This document shows, in pieces, positions 46,862 through 58,522 of a DNA stretch of 64,000 bases. The stretch is taken from positions 211,048,001-211,112,000 of the forward strand of contig NC_091984.1 of NCBI RefSeq assembly GCF_044704955.1, given 5' to 3'. The stretch is from Pristiophorus japonicus (lineage: Eukaryota). Below the pieces are notes generated by a model, which was not told the origin of the DNA, ran no database searches, and saw nothing but the letters and a program-made list of their open reading frames with translations. How positions within the stretch are numbered: the first letter of the stretch is position 1; every line of letters starts with the position of its first letter. The translations under genes and the position numbers were made by a program.

Positions 46862-47943
46862 GGGCCCAAGTTTCCACATGATTTACACCTGATTTTTAGG
46901 AGCAACTGGTGGAGAACGGACTATCTTAGAAATCGCAATTCTCCACATTTTTTTTTCTGCAGTTCTAGTCAGGTAGAACAGTTCTACTTTGGAACAGAAT
47001 TTTTTCTTCAAAAGGGGGCGTGTCCAGCCACTGATGCCTGATTTCAAAGTTTCCACAGTGAAAACGTACTCCAAACTAAGTTAGAATGGAGCAAGTGAAG
47101 ATTTTTGTAGAACTGAAAAAACCTGTTCTACACATTAAAAAATCAGGCGCAGGTTACAAATTAGGCGTCCAGAACGAGGTGGGGGGGGACGGAAGTCATT
47201 AAATTCTATAATAAATCCTTATTTATACTTCTACAAATATTATACAAATAAATCCAATCTGAATAAACATTTATAAGCAAAGAAAAGATTAAATAAACCA
47301 TCTTCCTACCTGTGTGAAAGTGCTTCAGGCACGGAGAATTCTGCAGTGGGGGGGGGGGGGGGAAAGGAGGCGCCCGTTCTTCCCGCGGTGGGGGGGGGGG
47401 GGCAGAGGAGGCGTTCTTCCCGTGGGGGGGGGGAAAGAGAGAGGAGGCGCCCGTTCTTCCCGCGGGGGGGGGGGGGGGGGGGAGGGAGGGAGGCGCCCGT
47501 TCTTCCCGCGGGGGTGTGTGGGAGAGGAGGCGCTCGTTCTTTCCCGCCGGGGGGGGAGGGGGAAGGAGACAGTGAGAAGGCCCCAAGTGCTGATGGCAAT
47601 GTGCTTTTATTAAAAAAATGTTCAAAAATTAAACAGCTACAAAGAGCTACAAAAATGGCCGAGTGCCAATGTTTCCTTCACATTGCGCGTGCGCGAACGC
47701 TCCAATGCGCACGCGCAGCATTGCCGGCAGGGAAAAAAACTAATTTAAATAGTACCCGCCCCCTCCCACTTACAAAATCGGCGTCAGTGTAGGCTCCGCC
47801 CCCCTGGGCGCCGCGCCAGGCAGACAAGGAGCTGCAGAACGCTCCAGAATCGCGATTTTTTTTTTAGGCGCCGTTTTAGGCGAGAAAAACGGGCGCCCAG
47901 CTCGGAGGGGCGCCCGTTTTTTATCATGTGGAAACTTGGGCCC
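46862..47943. mobile_element. Young Harbinger-type MITE with internal G-rich tandem array
   Basis: Perfect 21-bp TIRs GGGCCCAAGTTTCCACATGAT; TSD ATT (46859-46861 and 47944-47946). Confidence 0.92.
47346..47565 (+). repeat. Tandem array: GGAGGCGCCCGTTCTTCCCGC units separated by poly-G runs
   Basis: About five units read directly; very strong G-quadruplex potential. Confidence 0.9.
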
Positions 47944-48869
47944 ATTATCCCTACTTGTCAGCAGGTGGCAATTAATAGACATATAGCAAAATTAGATGGG
48001 CCTCTTCAAAGGCAGTGGACAGTGGCCCAATATTTTCATTGTGTTGCCTCTTATTACTTGTATTTTTCCCCTTCATATTCATATGCATCCTGGTAATGGG
48101 AAATATAAAAGTGACAATTTCCATCTCTCTTTCCTCTTCCCACCTACAAATTAATAAATATGAATTCATCATCAAATGAACACAAGTCTTTTGACATGGT
48201 AGTTGTAGGTCTATAGCTGAGCTTCAGCTGACATTCATCAAATTTACTTGCTGTCACTCAGTAAGTTCCATCAATCGGGGCTGCTAGGTGAAGCACAGCA
48301 AGAGAAACAAAAACAGGAAAATTCAACAAAAATTATTTCTTTAAACTCCATTTGTAACTTGCATTTTCTTGAAGACTAATTTTAACGCAGAATTGAGGCA
48401 AACATCAATAAGGCAATATCAATTTAAAAATACTTATGTGCTATAATGTATTCAACTACTGATTCTCCCTCCCTAATAACCGCTGTGTAATATCATTGCC
48501 AATAAATGTCCTTCACTCCAAAACATCACTGACATGCAGAAGATTTAGTATCACTGGAGGTAAATTACAGCAGTACTAAATATATATTCATTGCGACAAG
48601 ATTTAATTTCTACGGCTGCTAGTAAAAAGAACTAGAGATACATCATTAGGTACCATTGTAGAAAAGGAAAATAATGTAGGAGTGGGGATATTAAAAATAC
48701 ATTCATGAAATTAAGCTATCCACACTCCACTCATTATTAGCTAACGGCACTCTCACCTCCTAAAGAAATACAACAGCTAACTTGTCATTATAATTTATTG
48801 AAATTACTCAGATTTTTATTTCATTTTTTCTCAACATTTGCAAGATTCCTTAAAGGGAAAGTCGAGGAG

Positions 48870-50050
48870 ATTTACCTTTTGTTCAAAATTGGCAAATAAC
48901 ATTTAACTTAGAAAAGTGCAATGTTATGTATGTGGCCAGATTAAATGCTGAACATGCACACAACTTTCATGGAAAAGAACTAAAGCCGCAGTGAAAGAAA
49001 GAGATTTTGGCATTCACTAAAGATTCATCATCAATGCCGTGAAGCTATAGCTTTAGCAATTAGGATGTTAGGGTGCATTTATAGGTTCTCGATCAGGTCA
49101 ACATCTCCAGCATCGAAACACTGACCACACTCGACCAACTCCGTTGAGCAGGCCACATTGTCCGCATGCCCGACACAAGACTCCCAAAGCAAGCGCTCTA
49201 CTCGGAACTCCTACATGGCAAGCGAGCCCCAGGTGGGCAGAGGAAACGTTTCAAGGACACCATCAAAGCATCCTTGATAAAGTGCAACACATCCCCACCG
49301 ACACCTGGGAATCCCTGGCCAAAGACCGCCCTAAGTGGAGGAAGACATCCAGGAGGGCACTGAGCTCTTCAAGTCTCGTTGCCGAGAGCATGCAGAAAAA
49401 AAGCTCAGGCAACGGAAGGAGCGGCGGCATACCAGACTCTCCACCCACCCTTTCCTTCAACGACTGTCTGTCCCACCTGTGACAGATACTGTAGTCACCT
49501 GAGAACTCACTTTTAGAGTGGAAGCAAGTCTTCCTCGATTTCAAGGTACTGTCTATGATGATTATAGGACAATTAACTATAAAATGATGCATACTATTTT
49601 ATCTTTGTACAAGATGTTGGTTAGGCCTCAGTTAGAACAGTGTCCAATTTTGGTCTCCTCACATGGTGGAATCTTTGGAAAAGGTTCAGAAGAGGGCCAC
49701 AAAATTAATTCCCAGTCTAAAACGTCTAAATTATCCAGATAAGACTCAGAGCTGGGTCTATATACTTTACAGAAGCATAAGCTTTGATCGAGGTTTTGTA
49801 AGATAATGAAAGAACCAGACTGTGTTTGTGTAGACCAATTGTTTCAACTGAATTGGTTAGGGAGGACCAGGGGTCATTCTTACAAATGATGCAAGGGCAG
49901 AATTAGATTGGACGTTAAGAGGTTCTTCTTTCCCCAGAGAATAGTGGACCTGTGAACAGGTTCCCGGCTCGTGCAGTGAACACTGAATTCTTTGAAGCAG
50001 GAGCTGGACCTGTTTTTGGCTGGGGCAGAAATCTCCTCATACAAGGGCTG
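48870..50050 (+). mobile_element. Old CR1 3' fragment interrupted by an RTE insertion
   Basis: CR1-like RMLGCIYR | TINYK..ILSLYKMLVRPQLEQC resumes across the insertion; downstream TRGHSYK and RFFFPQRIVDL. Confidence 0.7.
49086..49561 (+). mobile_element. 5'-truncated RTE-clade LINE with 7-bp TSD
   Basis: MPDTRLPKQALYSELLHGKRAPGGQRKRFKDTIKASL; tail TATGATGA; TTATAGG at 49079-49085 and 49562-49568. Confidence 0.87.
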
Positions 50051-50604
50051 GGTACCTGGTAATAATCAGTGGTTTCCCGGACTAGTTTTGATATGCTAAG
50101 GAGGTCGGAGATGAATGTTCCACATTTTTACCCCCCCAATTGGCCTGGGGTTTTATCTGGTTTTTCACCTATCCCAGGAGATTACATGGCTTCCAGGTGA
50201 CAAGTGTATGTATTGTGATGCACAAGGCAGCACAATTGTATGGGACAGGGTGAATGAATCAGGACATCCTTTCCTGTCTGTCATATTTCATATGGTAAAT
50301 TAGCCCCTCATTTTATGGAAGAAAATTTTGGCTTTCTTTGAAAAAGGTCAGTTTTTTTTTTTACTGGGACCATATTGATTTCAGGAGTCCCCGCTTCCCT
50401 GGCTCAGTACGGATTTAGTACATCATCAGAGCTCTGGGCAACCAGCCACCCCAAAAGTGGGCAAGAGCTGCATGGGACAGGCAGGCTCCGACGATACGCC
50501 CATGATGGCCAGGCTGTCTGCCTACCTCCTGTTAATGTAACTGTGGATTTCCAGGGCCTTTAGAACTACAAATCTCAGTTTAACTACTGAAAGAAAAGAA
50601 AGAA

Positions 50605-51005
50605 CTTGCACTGTGTCTTTCATGTCCTCAGGACATCCAAAAGCACTTGACAGCCAAATAAATACTTTTGAAGTACAGTATGGAAACATGGCAGCCATGA
50701 GATAAATGACTAGACTTTTTGTTTTTGGCAGTGTTATTTGAGGGATAAATGTTGGCCAGGACAGCAGGAGAGATCCCCTGCTCTTCTTCGAATAATGCCA
50801 TGGGATCTTTTATGCCCACCCAAAAAGGAAAGATGGGGCCTCAGTTTAATGTCTTATCTGAAAGAAAACACTGACAACACAACACTCGCTCAGTGTTGCA
50901 CTGAAGTGTCAGCCTAAATTGTGTATTCAAGTCTCTGGATGGGACTTGAACCAACAACTTTCTGAATCAGAAACAAGAGTGGGACCATTGAGCCAAAGCT
51001 GACAC
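50605..51005 (-). mobile_element. tRNA-derived Deu-domain SINE, second copy
   Basis: A-box TGGCTCAATGG, B-box GGTTCAAGTCC, and Deu core AAAAGATCCCATGGCATTATTCGAAGAAGAGCAGGGG...CTGGCCAACATTTATCCCTC. Confidence 0.82.
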
Positions 51006-51107
51006 CTATTTGATTGCCAATGCGCTTATGTATCTGTGTTTGTACCAAAAGAAATTCTCATCAAGTTGTCACTGCCTGTTTGAGTGATGCAATCATACTG
51101 AACTCAC

Positions 51108-51298
51108 CTGAGTAATTTGAATTTGGAAAGTGGTATGAGGGTTGCGGAAATGAGTTTTATAATGCTTGACAGCTTCATCCCGTCTATTGAAACCATTTCG
51201 ACAGCGGTAGCAATGCCAATGTGCACCTTTAAATTTCTTTTCTCCTTTGATAGTTCCAACGATGTCACAGTGGTTACAGCAGCGAAGAATCTTTAAAC
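51108..51298 (-). CDS. Zinc-finger exon of the unnamed gene (191 nt); most 5' exon identified
   Basis: TTTTCATACTTACTAG|GT...CAG|GTGAGT, phase 1/0. LKILRCCNHCDIVGTIKGEKKFKGAHWHCYRCRNGFNRRDEAVKHYKTHFRNPHTTFQIQITQ contains C-x2-C-x3-F-x8-H-x3-H. Confidence 0.9.
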
Positions 51299-52259
51299 CT
51301 AGTAAGTATGAAAAGGGACACCTATTAAACACCCATTCGGAAGCCCTACATAAACTTTAGTAGAATTTGAAGTGAATCACGAAGGTAGGCATGAATTTGT
51401 AAATAAATAACTATTTATTCCAGAAACTGGGCAACATATTCATTTGGATATTGTCCTTTTATCATCATGAAGCTGAGTTTGATTCCAGCCTGGTTGAATG
51501 GGAAGAAAGCCTTATCACTCCACATTTGACAACCTTATCATGTTAATTGAGTTTGATCGCTCTTAATCCAGTTCCTAATGAGGGGGTGGGGTTCAATACA
51601 ACCACAAAATTATCTACAGGTCGGCACAAAGAGCTAACCTCACTCAGAAAGGTCGTAATACTGGCTAGTTTGGGAAATGAAAACCTTTACATTAATGCTG
51701 TTGCAGAGTTTCTTCTGATGTTGGGGCTAGAGTACGTTGCTGACATTGACCAGAAGGAGCTTTAGTCTACACCCGACGTATGCTGTAACTAACCCAGAAG
51801 TGCTTGGAGACTAGATGCCAATAAGTGAAAAGTGTTCTATTCCTCAGGAGCAGATTACATCTTATTTTTTAACTCCATTTTGCAGCGATATTCTTGTCCA
51901 GTTTGTTTCTCTTCCTTTCCCTGTAAAGGAAATCTGTATAATGACAGCAGTTTGCCAAAAGTGGGATCACTGTTAGCAAAGTGGCATCACTATTCAGATT
52001 CACTTTATAGGGTGAAACCCAGATGAAGGGATCTTAAATATATACTCCAAGAAGGCCAGGTGACATATGATATTGATGCTGCCTCAACAAATTGGAGCAA
52101 GTGCATTCATCCCAGAGATTCTCCTAGTTGTGAGCTCTTGATCTCAGTTGGACTATCGGAAGTCTTATGTAAATGCCTTCCAAAAGCAGCACTCCCAGCC
52201 ACCTAAAAGCAGTTCATTTTTATCTGTTTTTTTGCTCTCCCAGGCGATTGCATGGCTCC

Positions 52260-55200
52260 AGGTGGGGAGAGCTCTGCAGTGTGACATCACAGGTGAGGCA
52301 GGTAAGTGATTGGTAGTGATTGTGGGCTAAGTTTTTATTTTAAATTAACATATCGCATATAACTAAATTCTAAAAACTTACCTTTATTTATTTAACTAAT
52401 TTAATAAACCATATAAAAAAAGGTAAATACTTTGATTAACACTAAACTAATTAATTAAATAAAATAATGGGAGAACAGGAGATGTGTTGCTGCTGCAATG
52501 TGAGCTTCTGGACGTTTTGGTCCAGGGCGACTACATCTGCGGTAAGTGTCTGCGGCTCGATGAACTTCGGCTCCGAGTTGAGGAGCTGGAGTCCGAGCTG
52601 CAGACATTGCGAGACATCAGGGAGGGAGAAAGTTACCTGGACCTTTTGCTCAAGGAGGCAGCAACACCCTCTAGAGTAAATACTTTAGAATTGACACGTG
52701 GTCAGGGACAGGATGGTGTGACTGGGAGTGAGGCAGGTATGGGGATCCAGTAGGTAGTATTGCAGGAGCCTCAGTCCCTGTACTTGTCCAATAGATCTGA
52801 GGTTCTTGCAATCCTTGTGGACAAGTGTGCAGACTGTGGGGTGGACGAGCAGATTGACCAAGGCAGCGTGGTGCAGAAAACCATTCAAGTGGGGGGAGTA
52901 AAGAGGAAGGTGGTTGTAGTAGGGGACAGTATAGTTAGGGGGATAGATAGGGTTCTCTGCAGCCAAGAGCGTAGGTTCTGAAGGCTGTGATGCCTACCCG
53001 GTGCCAGAGTAAATGACATCTCCTCCGGGCTGGAGAAGAACGTGGAGTGGGAGGGGGAGGATCCAGTTGTCGTAGTACACGTAGGTACCAATGACATAGG
53101 TAGGACTAAGAAAGCGGTTCTGCTGAGAGAGTTTGAGCAGCAAGGGTCTAAATTGAAAAGCAGAACCACAGAGGTAATAATCTCTGCATTATTACCTGAG
53201 CCACGAGCAAATTGGCATAAGGTCAATAGAATTAGGGAGATGAATGCGTGGCTCAGTGGTTGGTGTGGGTTTCGATTCGTGGGGCACTGGCACCAATACT
53301 TGGGAACGAGAGAGCTGTTCCGTGGGAACGGACTACACCTGAACTATGCTGGGACCAGAGTTCCAGCGAATCGAATAACTAGGGAGGTAGACAGGGCTTT
53401 AAACTAAATAAGGGGGCGGGGGGGAAAGAGGAGGGTCCCAGTGGAGAGAAATCTAGAATGCTAGAGAGAAAAGAAAAAGGAAACAATGCAGAAAAGTGAT
53501 TGTGGTAAGGATAACCAGATTATGTCAGGAAGGGACAGAGCATACAAACAAAAGAGTGCACTTACAAATAAGGTTCAGGTAAGAAAAAAATAGCGATTAA
53601 ACAAATAGGGCTATAGTACAAAATAATGTTAAGATGTCTAATAATGTTAAAAAGACAAATCTAAAAGCACTGTATCTGAATGCACGAAGCATCCGTAGTA
53701 AGGTAGACAAATTAACAGCGCAAATAGATGCAATTACGGAGACAAGGTTGGGAACTGAATATCCAAGGATATTCGATATTTAGGAAGGACAGGCAAAAAG
53801 GAAAAGGGGGTGGTGTGGTGTTGTTAGTAAAGGATGAAATCTGAGCAATAGTGAGAAAGGATACTGGGCTCAGAAAATCAAGATGTAGAATCAGTCTGGG
53901 TAGAGCTAAGGAGCACCAAGGGGCAGAAAACATTGATGGGAGTTGTCTATAGGCCTCCAAACAGTAGTGGTAATGTCGGAGATGGCATCAAACAGGAAAT
54001 TAGAGAAGCGTGTAACAAGGGTATTACAGTAATTGTAGGTGACTAATCTACATATAGGCTGGCCAAACCAAATTAGTAATAATACTGTGGAAGATGAATT
54101 CCTGGAATGTGTACGAGATGTTTTTTTAGACCAGTATGTTGAGGAGCCTACTAGGGAACATGCTATCCTAGATTGGGTATTGTGCAATGAGAAGGGGTTA
54201 ATGAACAGTGTTGTTGTGTGGGGAACTTTAGGGAAGAGTGACCATAACATGATTGAATTCTTTATTAAGATGGAAAGTGAAGTAGTCCAATCCAAAACTA
54301 GGGTCCTAAATCTAAACAAAGGAAACTACAAAGATATGAGGAATGAATTGGCTATGATAGATTGGAAAGATTCATTAAAAGGCATGACGGTGGACAGGCA
54401 ATGGCTACATTTAAGGAACGAATGCATGAATTGCAACAGATATACATTCCTTTCTGGCGCAAAAGCACAAAAGGAAATGTGGCTAGCAAAAGAAATTCAT
54501 GATAGTATTAGATCCAAAGAGGAGTCATACAAAGTTGCCACAAAAAGTAGCAAGCCTGGAGATCGGGAGCAGTTTAGATTTCAGCAAAAAAGGACCAAGA
54601 GATTGATTAAGAGGGAAAAAATAGAGTACGAAAGTAAACTTGCAAGGAACATAAGAACCAACTGCAAAAGTTTCTACAAGTATGTAAAAAGAAAAAGATT
54701 AGTGAAGACAAATATAGGTCCTTTACAGTCAGAAGTGGAAGAATTTATCATGGGGAACAAGGAAATGGCAGAACAACTAAATAAATACTTTGGTTCTGTC
54801 TTCACAAAAGAGGACACAAAAATGCTAGGGAACCAAGGGTCTAGTGAGCAAGAGGAGTTAAAGGAAATTATTATTAATAAGAAAATAGTGCTGGAGAAAC
54901 TAATGGGACTGAAAGCTGATAAATCCCTAGGGCTTGATAATTTGTATCCCAGGGTACTAAAAGAGGTAGCCATGGAAATAGTGGATGCAATGGTTGTCAT
55001 CTTCTAAAATTCTATAGATTATGGAGCAGTTCCTGCAGATTGGAGGGTGGCAAATGTAACCCCACTATTTAAATAAGGAGGGAGGAAGAAAAAATAGGGA
55101 ACTACAGACCAGTTAGCCTAACATCAGTAGTAGGGAAAATGCTAGAGTCTATTATAAAGGATATGATAACGGGACACTTAGATAATATCAACGGGATTAG

Positions 55201-56425
55201 ACAAAGTCAACATGGATTTATGAAAGGAAAATCGTGTTTGACAAACCTACTGGAGTTTTTTTTGAGGATGTAACTGATAGAATAGATAAAAGGGAGAACC
55301 AGTGGATGTAGTGTATTTGGATTTTCAGAAGGCCTTTGATAAAGTCCCACATAAGAGGTTAGTGTGCAAAATTAAAGCACATAGGATTGGGGGTAATATA
55401 CTGGCATGGATTGAAAATTGGTTAACTGACATGAAACAGAGAGTAGGAATAAACGGGTCTTTTTCGGGGTGGCGGGTGTGTGTGTATAAATAAGATTTGG
55501 ATGAGGGAACCAAATGTAATATTTCCAAGTTAGCTGACAACACAAAACTAGGTGAGATTGTGAGTTGTGAGGAGGATGCAAAGACATTGCAAGGCGATTT
55601 AGATAGGTTGAGTGAGTGGGCAAACACATGGCAGATGCAGTATAACATGGATAAATGTGAAGTTATCCACTTTGATAGGAAAAACATAAAGACAAAGTAT
55701 TATTTAAATGGTGATAGCTTGGAAAATGTCAATGTATAAAAGGGACCTAGGTGTTCTTGTACACTAGTCATTGAAAGCAAACATGCAGGTGCAGCAGGCA
55801 GTTAGGAAGGTAAATGGTATGTTGGCCTTCATTGCATGAGGATGAGAGTACAGAAGCAAAGATGTCTTATTACACTTATGTAGAGCCTTGGTGAGACCAC
55901 ACCTGGAGTAGTGTGCGCAGTTTTGGTCTCCTTACCTTGGAAAGAATATACTTGCCATAGAGGGAGTGCCGCGAAGGTTCACCAGACTGATTCCCGGGAT
56001 GGCAGAACTGTCATATGAGGAGAGATTGGGTTGACTAGGCCTGTATTCACTAGAGTTTAGATGAATGAGAGGGGATCTCATTGAAACATATAAAATTCTG
56101 ACTGGGTTGGACAGATTGGATGTGGGGAGGATGTTTCCCCTGGCTGGGAAGTCTAGAACAAGGGGTCATAGCCTCAGGATACAGGGTAGGAAATTTAGGA
56201 CTGAGATGAGGAGAAATTTCTTCACTTAAAGGGTGGTGAACCTGTGGAATTCTCTACCACAGAAGGCCAAGTCACTGAATATATTTAAGAAGGAGATATA
56301 GATTTCTAGAGACAAAAGGCATCAAGGGGTATGGGGAGAAAGCGGGAATATGGTGTTGATATAGATCAGCCATGATCATATAGAATGGCAGTGCAGGGCC
56401 GAATGCCTATTACTGCTTTTTTCTT
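52260..56425 (+). mobile_element. Near full-length CR1 LINE (5'UTR, ORF1, ORF2, 3'UTR), decayed, antisense to the host gene
   Basis: ORF1 remnants from 52467. ORF2 remnants at about 53660-56360 ([41 protein letters not shown]) are collinear with 2854-5652. Outer boundaries approximate. Confidence 0.92.
52467..53407 (+). pseudogene. CR1 ORF1: N-terminal Cys finger + coiled coil + SGNH/GDSL esterase
   Basis: CCCC...ICGKC, LRVEELESELQTL, VVGDSIVRG (block I), LPGARV (II), VHVGTNDI (III), NGLHLN (V); several stops and frameshifts. Confidence 0.88.
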
Positions 56426-57255
56426 GATTCCATTGATCAGACAACGGAGGTTGGTATGAAGAATGGGAAGTACTAAAACAGTGGACAAAAATTATAAAAT
56501 GGGGTTAAACAAATAAAACAGGACACTGTGGCTAACCTGAACTTAAAAATCAAGCCAAGCGAACATTTCAATTCAGCTTTTTAAATTCTTAATCGCAAAC
56601 TGGTACAGCACAATCACTGATATAGTACTACAGGTATAACAAGACTATTTATTGCATAATAAAATGCCATTACCACTATAGCAGCTGCACTGGGCAACAT
56701 TTTGTATCGGATATAATTTTACTACTGTATTACTAACATTGTCTTTTCAAAGTTTGCTTTTCTTATATCTTTAAATCCAATACTCTTCTGGGAATTTGAA
56801 TAATTCACAAATTACATTGTTTCTGTCTGCAGTTATTTTAGGTAAAGGCATGAAATGACTACTTAATACTAATCAAGCAGAAGAACATGCAAAGAAAATC
56901 TGCATGCAAATTTTTCAGACTTAAATCAGCCTTTACGCTGAAACACAGATATTCTAGTCTCTGGAAAATCTTAAAATATGCATCTATCAGGCCATTACTG
57001 CTCCCTTAAAATGCTGTAAAAGGAATTCCAGTTTGATTTCTATGTGTGCACAACACAGTGATGCGCCATTGCAGTGCTCTATTGGCAAGTAGTCAAAGAC
57101 CAACAATTTAAAATCTGCAGTGGTGCAAGATCACTATTTTAGCAGTACTGTCTGCGACTTAGCATATGATGATGATAATGATGATGTTTCGTACATTTAA
57201 GGCAAGAATGAGTTATAACGAAACTAAATGCTGCACCATTCTGCTTTGATATATT

Positions 57256-57815
57256 ATACATACATACATACATACATACATACATACATAGGAACAGGAG
57301 TAGGCCATTTAGCCCCTCAGCCTGTTCCGCTATTCAATGAGATCATGGCTGATCTGTGACCTAACTTCATATATCAACCTTTGGCCCATAATACCTTTGG
57401 TTAACAAAAAAATGTAAAACTAACAATTGATCTAGCATTAATTGCTGTTTGCGGAAGAGAGTTCCAAACTTCTACCACCCTTGTGTAGAAGGGTTTCCTA
57501 ATTTCACTCCTGAAAGATCTGGCTCTAATATTTAGACTATGCCCCCTAGTCCGAAAATCCTCAACCAGTGAAAATAGTTTTTCTCTATCTACCCTATCTG
57601 TTCCTCGTAGTATCTTGAAAACTTCGATCAGATCAGCCCTTAAACTTCTAAATTCTAGGAATACAACGCTAATTTGTGTAATCTCTTCTCATAATTTAAT
57701 TCTTGAAGTTCAGGCATCATTCTGGTAAACCTAAGCTCCAAGGTCAATATACCCTTCCTAAGGTGTGGTGCCCAGAACTGCTCACAGTACTCCAGGTGTG
57801 GTCTAACCAGGGTTT
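57256..57815 (-). mobile_element. CR1 3' fragment with (TATG)n tail
   Basis: LVRPHLEYC..FWAPHLRK and WNSLP on the minus strand; (CATA)n at 57257-57290. Confidence 0.85.
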
Positions 57816-57844
57816 ACATACATAAATATATATGAACTAAATAT

Positions 57845-58087
57845 CAGGACAACCAAAGCCATTGTCTTCGGTCCCCAACACAAACTCTGTTCCCTAGCCT
57901 GAGGATGAACCAGGCCATTCGCAACCTTGGTGTCCTATTTGACACGGAGAGGAGCTTCTAGCCACATATCTGCTCCACCACCAAAACCGTTTACTCCTAC
58001 CTCTAACATTGCGCATCTTCGCCCCTGCCTCAGCTTATCTGCTGCTGAATCCCTCATCCATACCATTGTTACTTCTAGACTCCAATG
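57845..58087 (+). mobile_element. L2 LINE fragment
   Basis: RNLGVLFD..., NIAHLRPCLSLSAAESLIHTIVTSRL. Confidence 0.75.
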
Positions 58088-58522
58088 CAAGAGTCTGACC
58101 AGCAAACAGGAGGGAGGGGGCCCGGCAAAGATCGTGAAGTTGGTGGCCGGTATCAGACCAGCAAACAGGAGGGAGAAACTAACAAAGATCGCGGGGTTGG
58201 TGGGATGGGGTGTAGGCCGATTGCAGCAGAAGATTTGTTTGAAGATCCGGGGGGAGGGAAGCACTTCTGCTCCTCCTGCCACACAAGCAGTGCTCTAAGG
58301 ACTTACCTGCTGGATCTAGCTGCTCCCACCTTCCTTTAGCTGCTGGGTTTTCCAAGTCCTGGGACACCCCCAAACTTACTACGGTTAAGACGGAAGTAGG
58401 TGCGTTCACGACAGGTTATAGTCGAGTTTCACATAATTGCTCATTTATCCCTTCTGCCCTGCCCCGCCCCACTCCCCCCACCAATCTTCTCCCACCTGTC
58501 ATTTGGTGGTAAAATTCACTCC
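58088..58522. mobile_element. Non-autonomous DNA-transposon-like repeat (partial)
   Basis: 58225-58330 is an inverted homologue of 62460-62565; ends GTAAAATTCACTCC. Confidence 0.55.

Noticed and set aside
47206-47792. Pro/Gly-rich ORFs, or a CRISPR-like repeat-spacer array
   Set aside because: The ORFs are artefacts of poly-G runs; the 'spacers' are low-complexity G tracts within a eukaryotic MITE; no cas genes.
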